Shown here one piece after another: positions 50,291 through 63,399 of a stretch of DNA of 64,000 nt (the stretch's first letter is position 1; each line of letters starts with the position of its first letter). The notes under the pieces were generated by a model. It was not told the DNA's origin and ran no database searches. It was given only the letters and a program-made list of their open reading frames with translations. This DNA is from Marsupella aquatica (Eukaryota > Plantae > Marchantiophyta), in contig OZ316892.1 in the NCBI GenBank assembly GCA_973895155.1, forward strand, positions 20,223,869-20,287,868. Direction: 5' to 3'. The translations under genes were made by a program, and so were the position numbers.

Positions 50291-51461
50291 CTTGCAATGA
50301 ACAAAACTCAAAATAAAATTGTCCAAAAAAATTGAGTTCATTCAAAGCACATTGGCTGTTTTTCTTCGCTCATCATAGATTCATTTTTGGGGGACTGTGT
50401 GCGCAAATTATTGTTGAGCAAACATCAAAATGGCACCGACTCCAATGATTCATGGAGACTGTCCTCGGGAGTTGTCTTAGGACCTGAAATGTGACAAGGA
50501 CAACTAAATTACAATATTGTAGCCCTAAACCCCAACAAATGTCATGGAATCTTGGGTTATCAATAAACCTATTAATACACTCAAGCCTCACTTGATGTGT
50601 CCTTGTCAGCATCATGTCTTCCAAATGAAATATGATTGAGCAGGGTTAAAAAGGTCTAAACATACCTGTCAGACAGACAAAAAAGTTGTTCCGGAACCTA
50701 TCTAATTTCTTTTATTGCATGGAAAAATAACTATGACTATAATCAATCAATTGTATATTCTAAAAGCAGCTAATTGAAGAGTTACATCTTTCACAGGCTT
50801 ATGTGAAGTAAATATTTAAAATGATATTCCTTTTGGGGGGAAGTTTAAAAGATTTGCACAACTTAAGTGGCAGTAAGCCCTTGCCGATTGTTGACTTCCT
50901 AAAACTGGTACAAGATATTGTATAAAATCCCCTAATGTAAGACCATGCTAGAGATGTTGCACATCAAATATGAGAATATATGGTGTACTACATCACTCCA
51001 TACCATGATAAACTCAATTTTACTATTTAAATAAGTGAATGTTATTTGTAGAATAACATATATTGTCACAAGTTGCAATTATTGGGCTTGCTGATGACCC
51101 TGTTCCAGGTTGGTAAGTAGTTTAGGGTTTAGTGTTTTAGGGTTTAGGGAAGAAAGACTGCTAGTTTTTCTTCTATCATAGATCCACTGTTCAATGCCCC
51201 ACCAGCACCTGGCCACTGGCAGGTCTTCCGGGGTTTTGCCACTCCTTCTGCACTAGTTAGATTTATTATTTAGTTTCCTTTCTTGTAGGGCCTACTTCTC
51301 TCCTGGTTCCAGCCACTCTGGTTCTTTGGGCTTCACTACCAAAGAATCTCCCGGGTGCCTTGTATTTTTGAACTAACTTCAATTGGTTTTTTTTTTTTTA
51401 AGGCAGTATGGAATGATGTTCCCGAATCCAACAACCAATCCGGGTCCCTTGCCAGTAATCA

Positions 51462-51567
51462 CACATCAAAATGTAATAATATATTCTATGCGAAAATAAC
51501 ATCAAAATGTAATAATATATTCTATGCGAAAATAACAAGGTATGTACTTTATGCCAAAATAACAAGA
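51462..51567. repeat. 36-bp tandem duplication with a degenerate third unit
   Basis: ACATCAAAATGTAATAATATATTCTATGCG...AAATA twice, then TATGCCAAAATAACAAG. Confidence 0.8.
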
Positions 51568-53336
51568 TTTATCATGGTATGGAAAGATGTTGTACACCCT
51601 ATATGTCATATTCCAGGTCCCAAGCTTGCATAGTAATCATTCCCCCCAGAGTATCCTTTGGCATTTATGACCCACTTGAGCCTGAGTTGAGCATTCTTCT
51701 GCTAATCAATTGCACGACTGGACCCTCTGCTCACAGTCACAAAGAATTGCACTCTGACTGCGTCAGAATCCGAGGGGGCCACTTCAGAAAGGTGGATTGC
51801 TGACAGTGTATGGATTTGGCGTGCTGAGTTTTGTAACTTACACAACCTCTGAAGACTCTGGGATTTTGAGAGATGGTCATCATTATATGTGCTTTCTTCT
51901 GAAAGCTGGATCCTTCACTCAGGTGCTTTGTCAGGTGTACCAAGTTTATGCTGTGCAGAAAGACCTTGGCTGACTAATGGACTAACCGTGCTTCCCTGAC
52001 AATGTAACAGAGGTACATGCTTCCGACAAGTTGGAACGTGTCCACAGTTGTATTTCATGGCAAGTGAATTTAAATATTGGGAAGTTTTGAGATTGCAATC
52101 ATCTTACTTTGGTCTATTTCGACATGCATAAAAAGTTCAGGTTGGTAGGTAGATTAGTGTTTAGTGTTTTAGAGTTTAGTTCATGTCCATAGTTCTTTGT
52201 AGGAGCATGCGACTGTAAAGTAAGTTAAATGTGGGTGTATCGGTCAATTTGGACATGGAAAAAAACAATTTCAGAGGTCTGTATAGATAAGTTGGCTAAT
52301 GTAATTGGACAAGTCGCACTGGACTGTCCACCGAATGGACATAGTTCAGTTTCAAAGTACGCTGAAGTCTGCAATTGTGTCACTTGTACACAATAAAACT
52401 TGCATTCTATGAGGCTCCCATAAGGAAAACAAGTTGCAGTCTAAAATCATCCCGTCTCCTTTCCTTTCCCGATATATTGCGAATTCCATGTCCACGAATA
52501 TGGCAAAGAACATTGCCACAACTGAGACTTTCGTGACTGTTAGACAAATCAGAACCTCCACTTACAGATATGCTGCTTGAGTCCAAGAATGTGGAAAGAA
52601 AACTGCCAGAACTAAGATTTCTTAAGAGTTAAACTTATCGGTCACTGAACAACTGCTAGACAACTTGGAGCATCATACAGAGGAGATATCCATGTTAGAA
52701 GCAAACCAGAACCGCAAATGCAAGAAATTCGTAAATCTCGTGGTCATAGCATTACACCACTGAATAGGTCAACCAACTATTTCGTGAATGTGGTCTGTTC
52801 TCCCTATTTCTGGAGTGGGCGCCAGGATCAATCGCTAGGAACATGATTAAGGGGAAACTAATTAAGCAGGAGTCTTGTTAAGTAGCAGAAGTTATTCATG
52901 TGATAATCTGTAAATAGGCGGAATGAAGAAGGAAAATTTTCTGCATTCTCAGCTTTCTGAAGAGTTAACAACCTGAGGTACCTATGTGGAACAGTAATAC
53001 AGATACATTGTGTACATAAATGGGAACGCTGCTGTGGACACCTTCTTCCGGGGCAGCTCTTGCAAGCCGTAGTGTACAAGAGAATCACCTCTTGAGGCAA
53101 TAACTGATGCGTATACCAAGGTTGGGAGCCTCAAGTTAATCAAGTTATAAGCTCATCACCCATAGCTCGGACGATTTCACTGTGGCATCTTGCAGCAGTC
53201 TGCAGCTACGTATGTGTAACTCCTGCAGCTCTCGTGTGTTTCAGGTAACTTAGTGTGTATATTTTGGTTTCAGGGGTATGAATACTTCTTTTCGGCCAAC
53301 CCCTTCTTGCTTTTCTTCTAAGATCTTCGCATCATT

Positions 53337-56300
53337 CTACAAGAGCTCCACCTCCTTATTGAACACCCAGCTGAAGCTCTTTCGTGGAGAAGGACCACCC
53401 CGCCTTCTATTCTGGTCCTGTGCTCTCTCCGCCAGTCTCCTGAATCGCTGTGGCAGATTGCAAACGAAGTCTTGTGCCCGCTGTCCATCCCTGCTCAACC
53501 CTGTCAACGACTCTACCTTCCATGTCTTGATCAAATGCTCCATGATGCTCACGTAATCGCTGGCAGTGTACACTCCCAATCGCTGGGCTACTGAGGCGTA
53601 GTTGTCGAAGAGCTTGTCATCCTCACCATCGAACATAAGGTGGGCGGGCATGGTGATCTTCTTCTTCATCATCTCCTCAAAGGCAAGGACTGAATTATTG
53701 GGATCCAGCTCGAAGATTCTACTCATCACTCTGGTGTACGCAATCTCATGCCGCTTCTCATCTGCTGCAATCATCTTGCAGATGGTCGCCAGCTTCGTAT
53801 CCCCGTACGTCTTGGCATGTCGTGCTGTGTTGTCATGAGAGATGAAAGTTGCTCGCTCCTGAAATGAGGTGTAGATGAAGCCGTTGTATGGATCATTGTC
53901 AATTTGTGGAGCCTGCGTATCAGAACCCAAGGAGTTTACTGAGACGATAGGTCCTACACAAGCGCCATCATTTTAATGTCCCCTACACTGAAGCCTTCGG
54001 TTCAGATTATTCAGTCACACAAATCTAAATCGCCATGTATGATAAGTTATTTGCTTCCTCATGAGCCGTCGGTTGTGTTAGTCATTGTCTCAGACGATTC
54101 TAAGAAGAGGTTGCATTAAAGGACGTGTACTGTTTCAATTTTACTGTCGATCCGAATGAAACATGGATCCGAATAGTCGAAGGATAGGCGAATCCCACAA
54201 CATTAATAGGCGAAGTACCAAAAACTGAGAAAGCTTACACGCATAGGTTAATTACAAATGTCGCCATATTTGGCTGAATTCGGCCCTAACGACACTGGAG
54301 CACTTTGTTGAACGAAAGTTGCCTTTCAGAGTCGACTGGGTACAAGTGAACTGTCCATTCCAGATGGAGCACACAGGACAAAATGTCCTAAATGCCAACC
54401 AATGATGTGGGATTCATCCTTAGGTGCCCACTAGCATCGCGAATTTCTTGGGTGCTTCAAATTACTATCTTTCTAGAACAAGTCAGGTAAAAGAATCCTC
54501 TGGGCTAGTGAACGAAGGAGTCATCTGGGCTACTTGGGAGAATGGACCAGAGACTCGCTATATGCCAGGAGAGGCGAGAGGGACAGAAGGAGAGAGAAAA
54601 AGAGCACCTCGTCTGATCGAACATGATGCCAGAGCAAAAGTGATCTCTGAAGAGACTACTCACGTGAGGACTTAAGTAAAAGATTCAGGGGCAGATCACG
54701 GAGCCTCTTGGGAGCTCACACCTGGGGTTCATTCCTGCCCACATGTAGAGCCTCCTACAGTCTCTCCTCTCCAAGGATTCCGGTGGACCTCTTGACTATG
54801 TACACGACAATGCCGGGGCCGAATGAGGGAACTATCAGCGACCTTCCAGAATGTACCGCCTCGTCCTGGTTGTACTCCGGGTGCACTGTTGAACACCGTC
54901 CAAAGTACTTTCCTGTGCTGCTGAGCAGCTTCCACGGTGCCTTTTTCTGCTGTGACTAAAGATGGGACTTGAGAGAAGACGAGGAATGGGGGACCACCGG
55001 AAGAAATTCCGAAATTTAACTAAGAACCCAACGGCCTCCATGCGAGTGAGGGTACTCGCTAGGCCTAGGAGAACGAAAACTCGAACCTCCTTGACCCGAA
55101 GAGGCAAAGACGAAGATGGGACACGGGCTGCTGTCAAAGACAGTTTGGATGAGGGACGTACCATTCCAGAGCCGATGAGATATTGAGTTGTCCGCTCAAC
55201 CATTTTCATATCGACTCTCCCAGACACGTATAGATACTTGTTCAGCAAATCGCCATGCCTGTTCTCCTCAGCTGTCCAGCCACGTAGCCACACTCCCCAC
55301 GGCCCATTGCTGCAGACGGTGGAGTCCCTCACGCCCTCGAATGTGTTCAACATCGTCTGGTAAGTAGGCAATGCCTCCTCGGTGATCATGTCTCCCACTA
55401 AACAGACCAGGTAGTCATCCGGTAGATTGGCAGTCCTTTCCTGCAGCTCCTTCACCTCGTCGTAGAATGTGGGGGATGAGAAAGACGGGAGGTAGTCCTG
55501 TGGCTGCCAACATTTCTCCACGGGCTTCAGCAGGGGGAGCAAGTGGTCCGTCGCCCAACCTGTCATAGACTGTACTACCTCCAGCTTCTCCTCTGGTACA
55601 TTGCTGGGGATGGATTTCTTCGTCCATAGCTGGTACGGTGTTAGCAGTGGCTTAGCTGCTTCAGAGGAGGGATTCGTTGCTGGCGACGTTCTGCTTGTCA
55701 ATCAAAGCGTACAACCACTTTTAAATCCCTATTTCCTTCTCAAGAGCCACAATTCGGGAGCGGAAGTATGGGCATAAATTACGCTCATGGAAGTATGGGC
55801 ATAAATTAAGCTCATGCATTTCAGGGAAAGTAAACGAACTCTTCTCAACAATTTATCTTCGTTACATTAAAACCTATTGAGCCCGCAAATCAACTAAACA
55901 ATGCCACACCACACTTTGATTTAAAGCACATTAACACACGGACAACAGCGTTCTTGGGCTCTTCTTCATTGTCACCACGATGTCAACCCTCGAAACAACT
56001 GGAGCCAAAGGTTCGTGACCGTTGTCCCCACCACGACATGCCCTCGGGAGTTCGTTTCCCAAAATTGCAAGTTTCTGATCAAGTCTTCAAAATGATACCA
56101 CAAGCAGCGGGATAAAAATATTCCTTTACAGAGGTACCAGAGGTACCAGAGCATCCACATTGGCACCAACCTCCTAAAGACTCCGGATGGCGATGGGACC
56201 ACCACTAGATTCGGGTAGTGAGACCAATCCTGTTACCCAAAGCACCGTGAGCGCCCCATTTCCCGCTAGGAGTAAAATAATAATAATACGCTTGGGGAAA

Positions 56301-58264
56301 TCGAACGCGCACGTGTTCTCCTAGCTACAAAGGAATTCCTAATATCACAGACGGATCTTCGAGGAGGTTTCGGAGCTGCACCTCCAGTTCAACACCGTAC
56401 TCATCACAGAACGAGTTTGGGTTCCTTTCGGGTTTTATTACGTCATTCAACACGTTGACACCCAAAAGAAAGGAAAAGAGAGCAGCGATTCTTTGGCACT
56501 AAGCCCGGTCAACAGTCCTCTGCCAAGAGTTCACCATCGGCGAAGGTGCGATGGACCGTACCGTACACTCGCTTCTCGACACGAATGCCAAGCCCAGTCG
56601 CCAATGGGGGACACTTCTACAGGAGTGCACTGGATGTGGAGTAGGTAGAGCAAAACTCATGGAGCTACGATAAAGGGAAGTTCGAGAAAAGAAACTAGTG
56701 ATTTCTTGATGATTTTACATCTACTTGTCGATGGCAAATGGCTTCGGGACGCGAGCGGTCCTTGCAGCCCGTCAACAAGACCAGGATAGAAAGTAGAGCT
56801 TAGGCAAGCGAAAGGATCGGACATGCGATTCAGAACGTGACGTAGGCACGACTCAACACAATGATATTAGATCAATTGAGCTCTGATACAGTCACCCTCC
56901 TCGGAGAAACATCCTATGGAATCGGAATTGCAAAGCAGAGTAGGAAACGATGTTGCGATCTCCAGAATCTTCGCTAATTGACACATCACAGGGGCTGGGA
57001 AACCTGAACTATGTCCACCATAGCTTCCTGTGGGGTATTTGTATCCTTTTTAGGGAGGAAATTCCATTCCACGCGGAAGATTCCCTCGGAATTGGAGGGA
57101 ACGTGGAATTCTTGGAGGTAGTCGTCTGTCGGAAAAAGATCCAACTAGAGCTGCAATAAATGAGAAAGTATTGTACGCAATGCTCGCAATTAAGGGCGAT
57201 TGGAGGCATCATTAAGTCCACGTAAAGCTAATGCACTTGGCGCCCGGAAACTATAAATGAGAGTGGGATCGTACGTATTCTCAACTTCATACGATCTGCA
57301 TCGAAGGACGAGATCACGAGATGTAGTTCGGGTGACGGGAAATGTGCTTAGCACATCTTAGCATTGGTTTCGCAGAGTCTCGGATGTTATTACGGTACCT
57401 CTGGCACGCTCCAGGAGTGAAGGTGGGCCATCCATAATAAGTTCCTTCGAACGTCGAAGTGACTCGTTGTCTGTTACTCGCACCGTCTCGTCGACAACTT
57501 ACACTGAATGAAAGCCTGAAACCCACGATAAAATAACTCTCCCTGAGAGTACAAGAATTGCGAAGTCGGCCTTGTAACAGCTCGCAAGATTCGTCAAATT
57601 AGAGAACCACATGGACAAGTTTTTAGAAGCGACGAGAGCTAGATCGGACGAAAGGGTCTTGATTTCGAACTGAGGCCTGGGCCCAGAAATTCAAATAACT
57701 GCACTAATGCATTGCAATGGAGCATGAAACAGTTGGTTGAAATAGATGCAATTCCGATTCCCAATGCAGTTTGTGAAGGAAGTTGAGGAATCGGAACTGC
57801 AAGCCGAATGGATTGAGGGAGAACTAACTACTGAATGCGCAAGGCCAAGAAAACCGAATAGCGTGCAGACCTCATTGGTTACAGTACTGTCACATCTTTC
57901 AAGGATCCCATCCAATGCAAGGCAATGTGTGGCAGCAGTTTCTCTATTGCCACTTTCCGAGCTCACGGATTGTTGAAGAATTTGTTAGTGGTTACCTCGT
58001 TTCAGTGGACACGGTCGCATGAACATTGACGATCTTGGTAGAATGCTGCAGAAGGACTCCGCCGCTGCCACAACGAGCTGGCGTATTGGGTTGAATCGTC
58101 AAAAGGCCTCCACCTCCTCCTCCGAATCCTCCTTCAGGTCCTTTGCCATGCAATCTAGCGACTTCTTTATGGGCATCACTATTACTGCTGCTGCTGCCCC
58201 CCGCCGGTGCCAAGTTAGGCACCGCTCCTACTCCTGCTCCTGCCAACGCCACCAACATCGACAT
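53337..58264 (-). CDS. SAD: Plastid acyl-[ACP] desaturase (stearoyl-ACP delta-9 desaturase family), about 457 aa; exons 58264-57996, 55690-55162, 53912-53337
   Basis: [58 protein letters not shown] (di-iron ligands), ITMPAHLM. Splice phases are consistent (2 and 0) and exon 1 looks like a transit peptide. Confidence 0.93.
55762..55815. repeat. 27-bp tandem duplication in desaturase intron 1
   Basis: GGAAGTATGGGCATAAATTA(C/A)GCTCAT twice. Confidence 0.85.
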
Positions 58265-58441
58265 GCTACAATACGAGTCCCTTACTCGCTACTGTTCAGT
58301 TCAGTCTAGTCCAGTCCAGTCCAGTTCACTTCAGCTTAGCTCCGCTCCGCTCCTTCCCTCTCGCCTTTTTTTCTCTGCTGCTGTGAATACGACAGTAGCT
58401 TTCACTTAGAAGATGGTAGTGATGGAACAAAATGCAGCAGC

Positions 58442-58633
58442 AGTTGCCTAAAGAACCGAACAGCCTGTCCAGAATACCACTGTGCAAAGAATGCCTCGCT
58501 GCAGAGGAAGATTAAATGAATTGGAAGCCGTGCGTAGAAGTTGCCTAAAGAACGGAACACCCTGTCCAGAATGTCAATGTGCAAAGAATGCCTCGCAGTC
58601 GGAGGAAGATGAAATGGATTGGAAGCCGTGCGT
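58442..58633. repeat. Diverged 97-bp tandem duplication upstream of the desaturase start codon
   Basis: AGTTGCCTAAAGAAC...TGTGCAAAGAATGCCTCGC...TTGGAAGCCGTGCGT at 58442 and 58539. Confidence 0.85.
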
Positions 58634-60567
58634 GCAGCTAAGACTTGAAGAACATAAGAAGAGAGGTGAAGCTCTGCTACCGGACGAGCTTCGTCTACAG
58701 ATAGAGCAAAGGAACGAACTTGCTCCCGTTCTAGCCGGAACGCGCTATCGAGCTCGAGGCTCGATGAATGAGTCGACGCGACGCCCACATAGATATCTAG
58801 TAGGAAACTGTAGGCCTGGGCCGCAGAGAGGAAGGAAAGAGGGAGGGAGCCCAAAAAGGAGAAAGGTATGTAGGTTCGAAAAATTGGGGGCAGAGGGTGG
58901 AACCAACGAATGTAAAGTGGAACAGACAAGAAGAGGAGGTCGCAAGTAGGGAGCAAGAAAGAGAGCGATAACAATATAACCAATAACCAAATTTTGGTAA
59001 AAAAGTGGCAGTACAGTAAGATGTTCACTGAGGGTCCAGCAGCTGGGCAGTTATACACAGACGAAGAGAGGGCGAGAGAATTATAGCGTGGTGAAAAACT
59101 ATAAAGAGCAGGAAAGAAACAAAACGAACCGCAAGTGACAATTAATGGGCACCGACGGTAGGAGGGGTGAGGGGCGACGAGGGCAGGAAGCAGGCTGGAG
59201 GATTGGAGGAGGTGTGGCCAGCCCCTGAAACTTGAACTCAGTAACGATGGCAGTGCAGTCAGGAGAAGTAGCAAGCAAAGAAAACTGCACCCCCACCACC
59301 TCTAGCCAACCAGCCAGCCAATTGAGCACTGCTCGTACTGCGGTTCCGTGGGGAGGGTAGGAACACGGAGTAGGACGATGGATGCTCCAAGAGAGAGAGA
59401 GCAGAGGTGTAGCCGACTGAAGGAGATTTCGAACACAAGTAATAAAGGCGGAAGGGCAATGTCAGATTAGTAGGTGACAGAATTGAGGGCGAAATATCCA
59501 AAATTTGTACGACGTTCACAATTCACCGCATGCTCTCAAGAGCCTTGTATCATTCTGTACTCCCACTGCTTTCAACGTTCTCAAGTGTGCGAGCCACATA
59601 CATCATTCACTTCCCTCCCTTTATTTCCTTCCTGTGAATTGAATTGATATGCAAACAATCCGACTCTCACACCTCAAACCAAGGAAAAGATTCTCTTTGT
59701 AGAGTGGGAGCGCCCACGCCTGGCTACAGAGTGATAGACGAATGCGGAAGACTCCTACAGCAACAAAATTTAAATCAAGGCAGGCAAGTAACAGGAAGGA
59801 GCGAGGCTCCCTGCAAAAGCCTGATTCCTCTCCTCCAATGCAAAGGTCCAAACCGACCTCTTCTACCATGCACTCCTCTCCTTCCAAACCAGATCCAGCT
59901 TTCGAAGACGAAGGACCTTGAACGATCTCACGAACTACCTGTGCAATAAAAAAAATGCAATGCAAGAATCTTACAGAGCTGCTCCTCTGGAAATTAAAGT
60001 GCGAGGACCTCACAGAGCAACTTGCAATTGAAATTGCCGAAATGCAAGAATATGTATCACTGTGGCAACAGGAAATTAATGATGTCTGAGGGTCTCGCAA
60101 TCGTTCTACTACAGTCTTAATTAGTCATCATACGGTCCGCATCGAAATCATCTACTATACGAATAGAACCATTGCTGACCGGATTGATGGAAATACTACA
60201 GGGAAGCGAACGACGTACCAGTCCTAGTGGCAGTACACCTCCAAAGGCAAGGCCACACTGCACCACACCTGGCCCAACAACAGTTCATTCATTCAGTTAC
60301 GGCACTCCCCTCCTGCGAATTAATAAGCCTTCCACGGCCTGCCTGCCTCCAGCCCTGCCCTCTATGCGTGCCTGCCTGCCACCGGCTACTCTTAATCAGG
60401 AGCCTTATTAATTGAGATCCACGTCTGCTTGCCCGAGACCGAAATCAGTAAACCACCCTTAATCGGAATGGTTATCCAAATTCACACTCACTTTCCTATA
60501 CAGAACTCTGCATCTCCTCCCTCTATAATTATCTCAATCCAGTGGGTTCATCTCAAGTGCAAGCTAT

Positions 60568-60699
60568 AGTACTTCACCAAAACCTGTCCAGTGAAGGCAA
60601 GCAACATGGGGAGAGCCACCAGTCAGACTAGAGAGTACTTCACCAAAACCTGTCCAGTGAAGGCAAGCAACATGGGGAGAGCCACCAGTCAGACTAGAG
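60568..60699. repeat. Perfect 66-bp tandem duplication
   Basis: AGTACTTCACCAAAACCTGTCCAGTGAAGGCAAGCAACATGGGGAGAGCCACCAGTCAGACTAGAG twice. Confidence 0.93.
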
Positions 60700-63399
60700 A
60701 GGTTGCAGTAACTAATCTGATAGATTTGCTTGCCTGCTACAAATGTACCTGGAGCAACTTTCCTGACAACTCCTAGGCAACTAATCTACCGCTCGAGGAA
60801 AGAAACAGAAAAAAATAATGTATTTTGGTATGCACGTGGCTGGGGTGGTGCCTGAAATGCTCATCTGAGGCCTGAGTATACGAATGTGCCTGGCCGAACT
60901 CCCAGACACCTTACTACAGTACAGTCCAGCGTCTGGAATTAAAGAAAACAGTGAAATGTCTTTTTTCTGGCTCCCTCCCTTGTGGAGATAGGTGCCTGGA
61001 AAGCTCATGTGAATGGGCGTCTAGGCATCCTTCCTTTTCCAGGCCAAAGGAAGGAAAAAACAACTCTGGCCCACCCACACCCAGGAAGCGAGGCAGCCGC
61101 CCAAAACAGAATTTGCGCTGGGTTTGTTTCAGGTCAACTGTAAATTCCTTCTTCTTCTTCTTGCTCTTCTTCTCTCCTCGTCCACCAACGATCCCAACTA
61201 TCCAGCTAATAGTAGAGACGGTTCGTTCTCAGTACGATGATTACACTCCCTCTAATCTACCCATCTGTCTCCTGCCTGCTCACCTCCTCCTGTAGCTACC
61301 CACTGCAAACCACCCATATGCCTAACAACAAGATGCTCACGCCGAATGCGCTCTCGGATGCTTGGTCAAGCCGTAAAAAGGTTTTCTCTGGTCTAATCTA
61401 CTTTGTAGGTACAGTACTTGACCCGTGCTTACTAAATTGAACTATGAGAATATGAGAGAATCACTCAGTCAGCCAGACTCCCCCCCCCCCCCCCCACCAA
61501 GCATGCAAGCTATAAGGGAGCCACTGTACTGTACTTTGGATGGAAAGAAGCAAATCCTCGTAACCACCATCAATGCTCCCAAGATCGGCGGCCATCATGC
61601 CGTCCCCACTCTGAGAGACGCCGCACAGCCGGTCGATCATAACACCATTAACTGCCACATGAAAGGAGGATTAAAGGAGGAGGCGAGGTCAGGCGAGGTT
61701 TGGACGTTTAGACTACAGTATCTTGGACGCCTGCACATGAGATTTAGAATGATGACTCTACACTAAGAAGGGGTACTCTACCACACTAGACCAGAATCAT
61801 CGCACCAGATTAATTCGAGACGAAAGGATCAAGATTCTATTCTGGCAATGTGGCTGCCGAGCGTCCTCGCTATTTGGCCAATATGGATTATGGACCGTAG
61901 CATGTACCATCCTCCTCGTTGAGGCACGATTCAATTCATCATCCCTTCATTATTCTCTTGGGTTCGTTCAGCTCGGTGATTGATTCTTTGGTGCTCACTT
62001 AATTAATTTAACGAGTAGACGAAAGAAGAGCGCGCGTGCGAGAGAGAGGAGGCAGAGATAGAATGATGGAGCTCAGGCAAAGAAGAAGCTGCAGAGTCGA
62101 AAGAATGTCATGCGCTCGGCGTCATAATAATAGCTACAATACAACGGGGTCGGGGGAGGCGGGACGCTGGCCGTCCGATCTGCGTCGTGCATGGCGATGC
62201 GGCCTATCTGGCCGACTAATCTTGTTTGCGCAACTCTGTAACACAATAATTTCCTGTTTGGATGAGCTGCAGACGGGTGTTGTCGTGCTTGCTCCACGCG
62301 CACGACTGAATCAAGGATGCGTGTCTTGCAGCTTTCCACCCGCCGCCCTCCTCCTCGCCGCCCTCTCGCCTCCCGCATGCAACCGCGACGGGTACCCGCC
62401 TTGCGTTCCCGCCCTCTCATAATTACCTGCTCGCGTCTCGTCCATCCATCCCGTCCGTCCGTCTCCCCATCTCTTCATCCGTCCACCCGCTGTCCGTCCA
62501 GTCCGTCCATGCACTCGTATGCCCGTCCAGCCAGTCCGTCCATGTGCTGTCCATCCGTCTATTCCATTCCCACCGTCCGTCCGGACTCGCAAGGTACCGG
62601 GTGAAGGCCTACGGGTTACTGCAGTAGGTCGTGGTAGCGGTACTAGTGGCGTAGTAAAGGAGCCGGAGAAGGTACTGTGGAAAGGATGGGGACGGTGGAT
62701 TTGGGATCGCTTCTTTCTACGCAACCTTCGTTTCTTCCGTTGAACCCTTGCTTATTTTTCCACTCTCTAGTGTAGGTTATTAGGGTTTGCATTTACACCT
62801 TTCCTTTTGAGTTGCGTGTTTGTCTGGACCTCTTTTGCTTTTACTCCATTGGAGTTGGTTTGACTCTTTTCAGTATTTTGGTCCTTTTTCCTGATTTGGA
62901 CCCCTTCCTTTTCCCTAATATACCTTGAACCCTACTACGGTACCTGGAAATTGGCATCTATAGATGGCAGGTTTCTTTTTTTTCCATCTTCTGAAAGGGA
63001 AAAGGTTCTTCCTTGAAGTTGATGTTGGGCTGGACCACGATGTTTGACCTCCCAACCAACTTGGAGCACTTAGTGAGACTTACTTTTGAGACCAAGAAAT
63101 GTCACTATTTATTTTTTTTAATTGTATTATTTATCTGTTTCAGTGAAAGGCTACTATGCACCAAACGTACTCAAGACCACCAGTAATTTAAGGAATACTG
63201 TTTGAGTTCATAACCCTGTCCAGAACATTGTTTGGAAATGACGGTTGTCTCTCTGAGTTGATTGCCAAATAATGTGGTTTGATGGGCTTCTTTTCTGCTA
63301 TTCCTATTGAGACATTGAGTTTAACCTCCTGATATTGTTTTCAAAGCTTAACAGCATTCCTCGTTGATTTTCCTTTGTTTTCTCAAGTGGGGCATGAAT

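Noticed and set aside
49600-52100. Coding-like fragments between ferroportin and the desaturase
   Set aside because: Short, stop-ridden and not assignable to any family by eye; possibly old transposon relics.
58402-59274. 290-aa minus-strand ORF upstream of the desaturase
   Set aside because: Leu/Ser/Phe-rich translation of a pyrimidine-rich strand, non-ATG start, no motif; more likely 5' UTR or intron.
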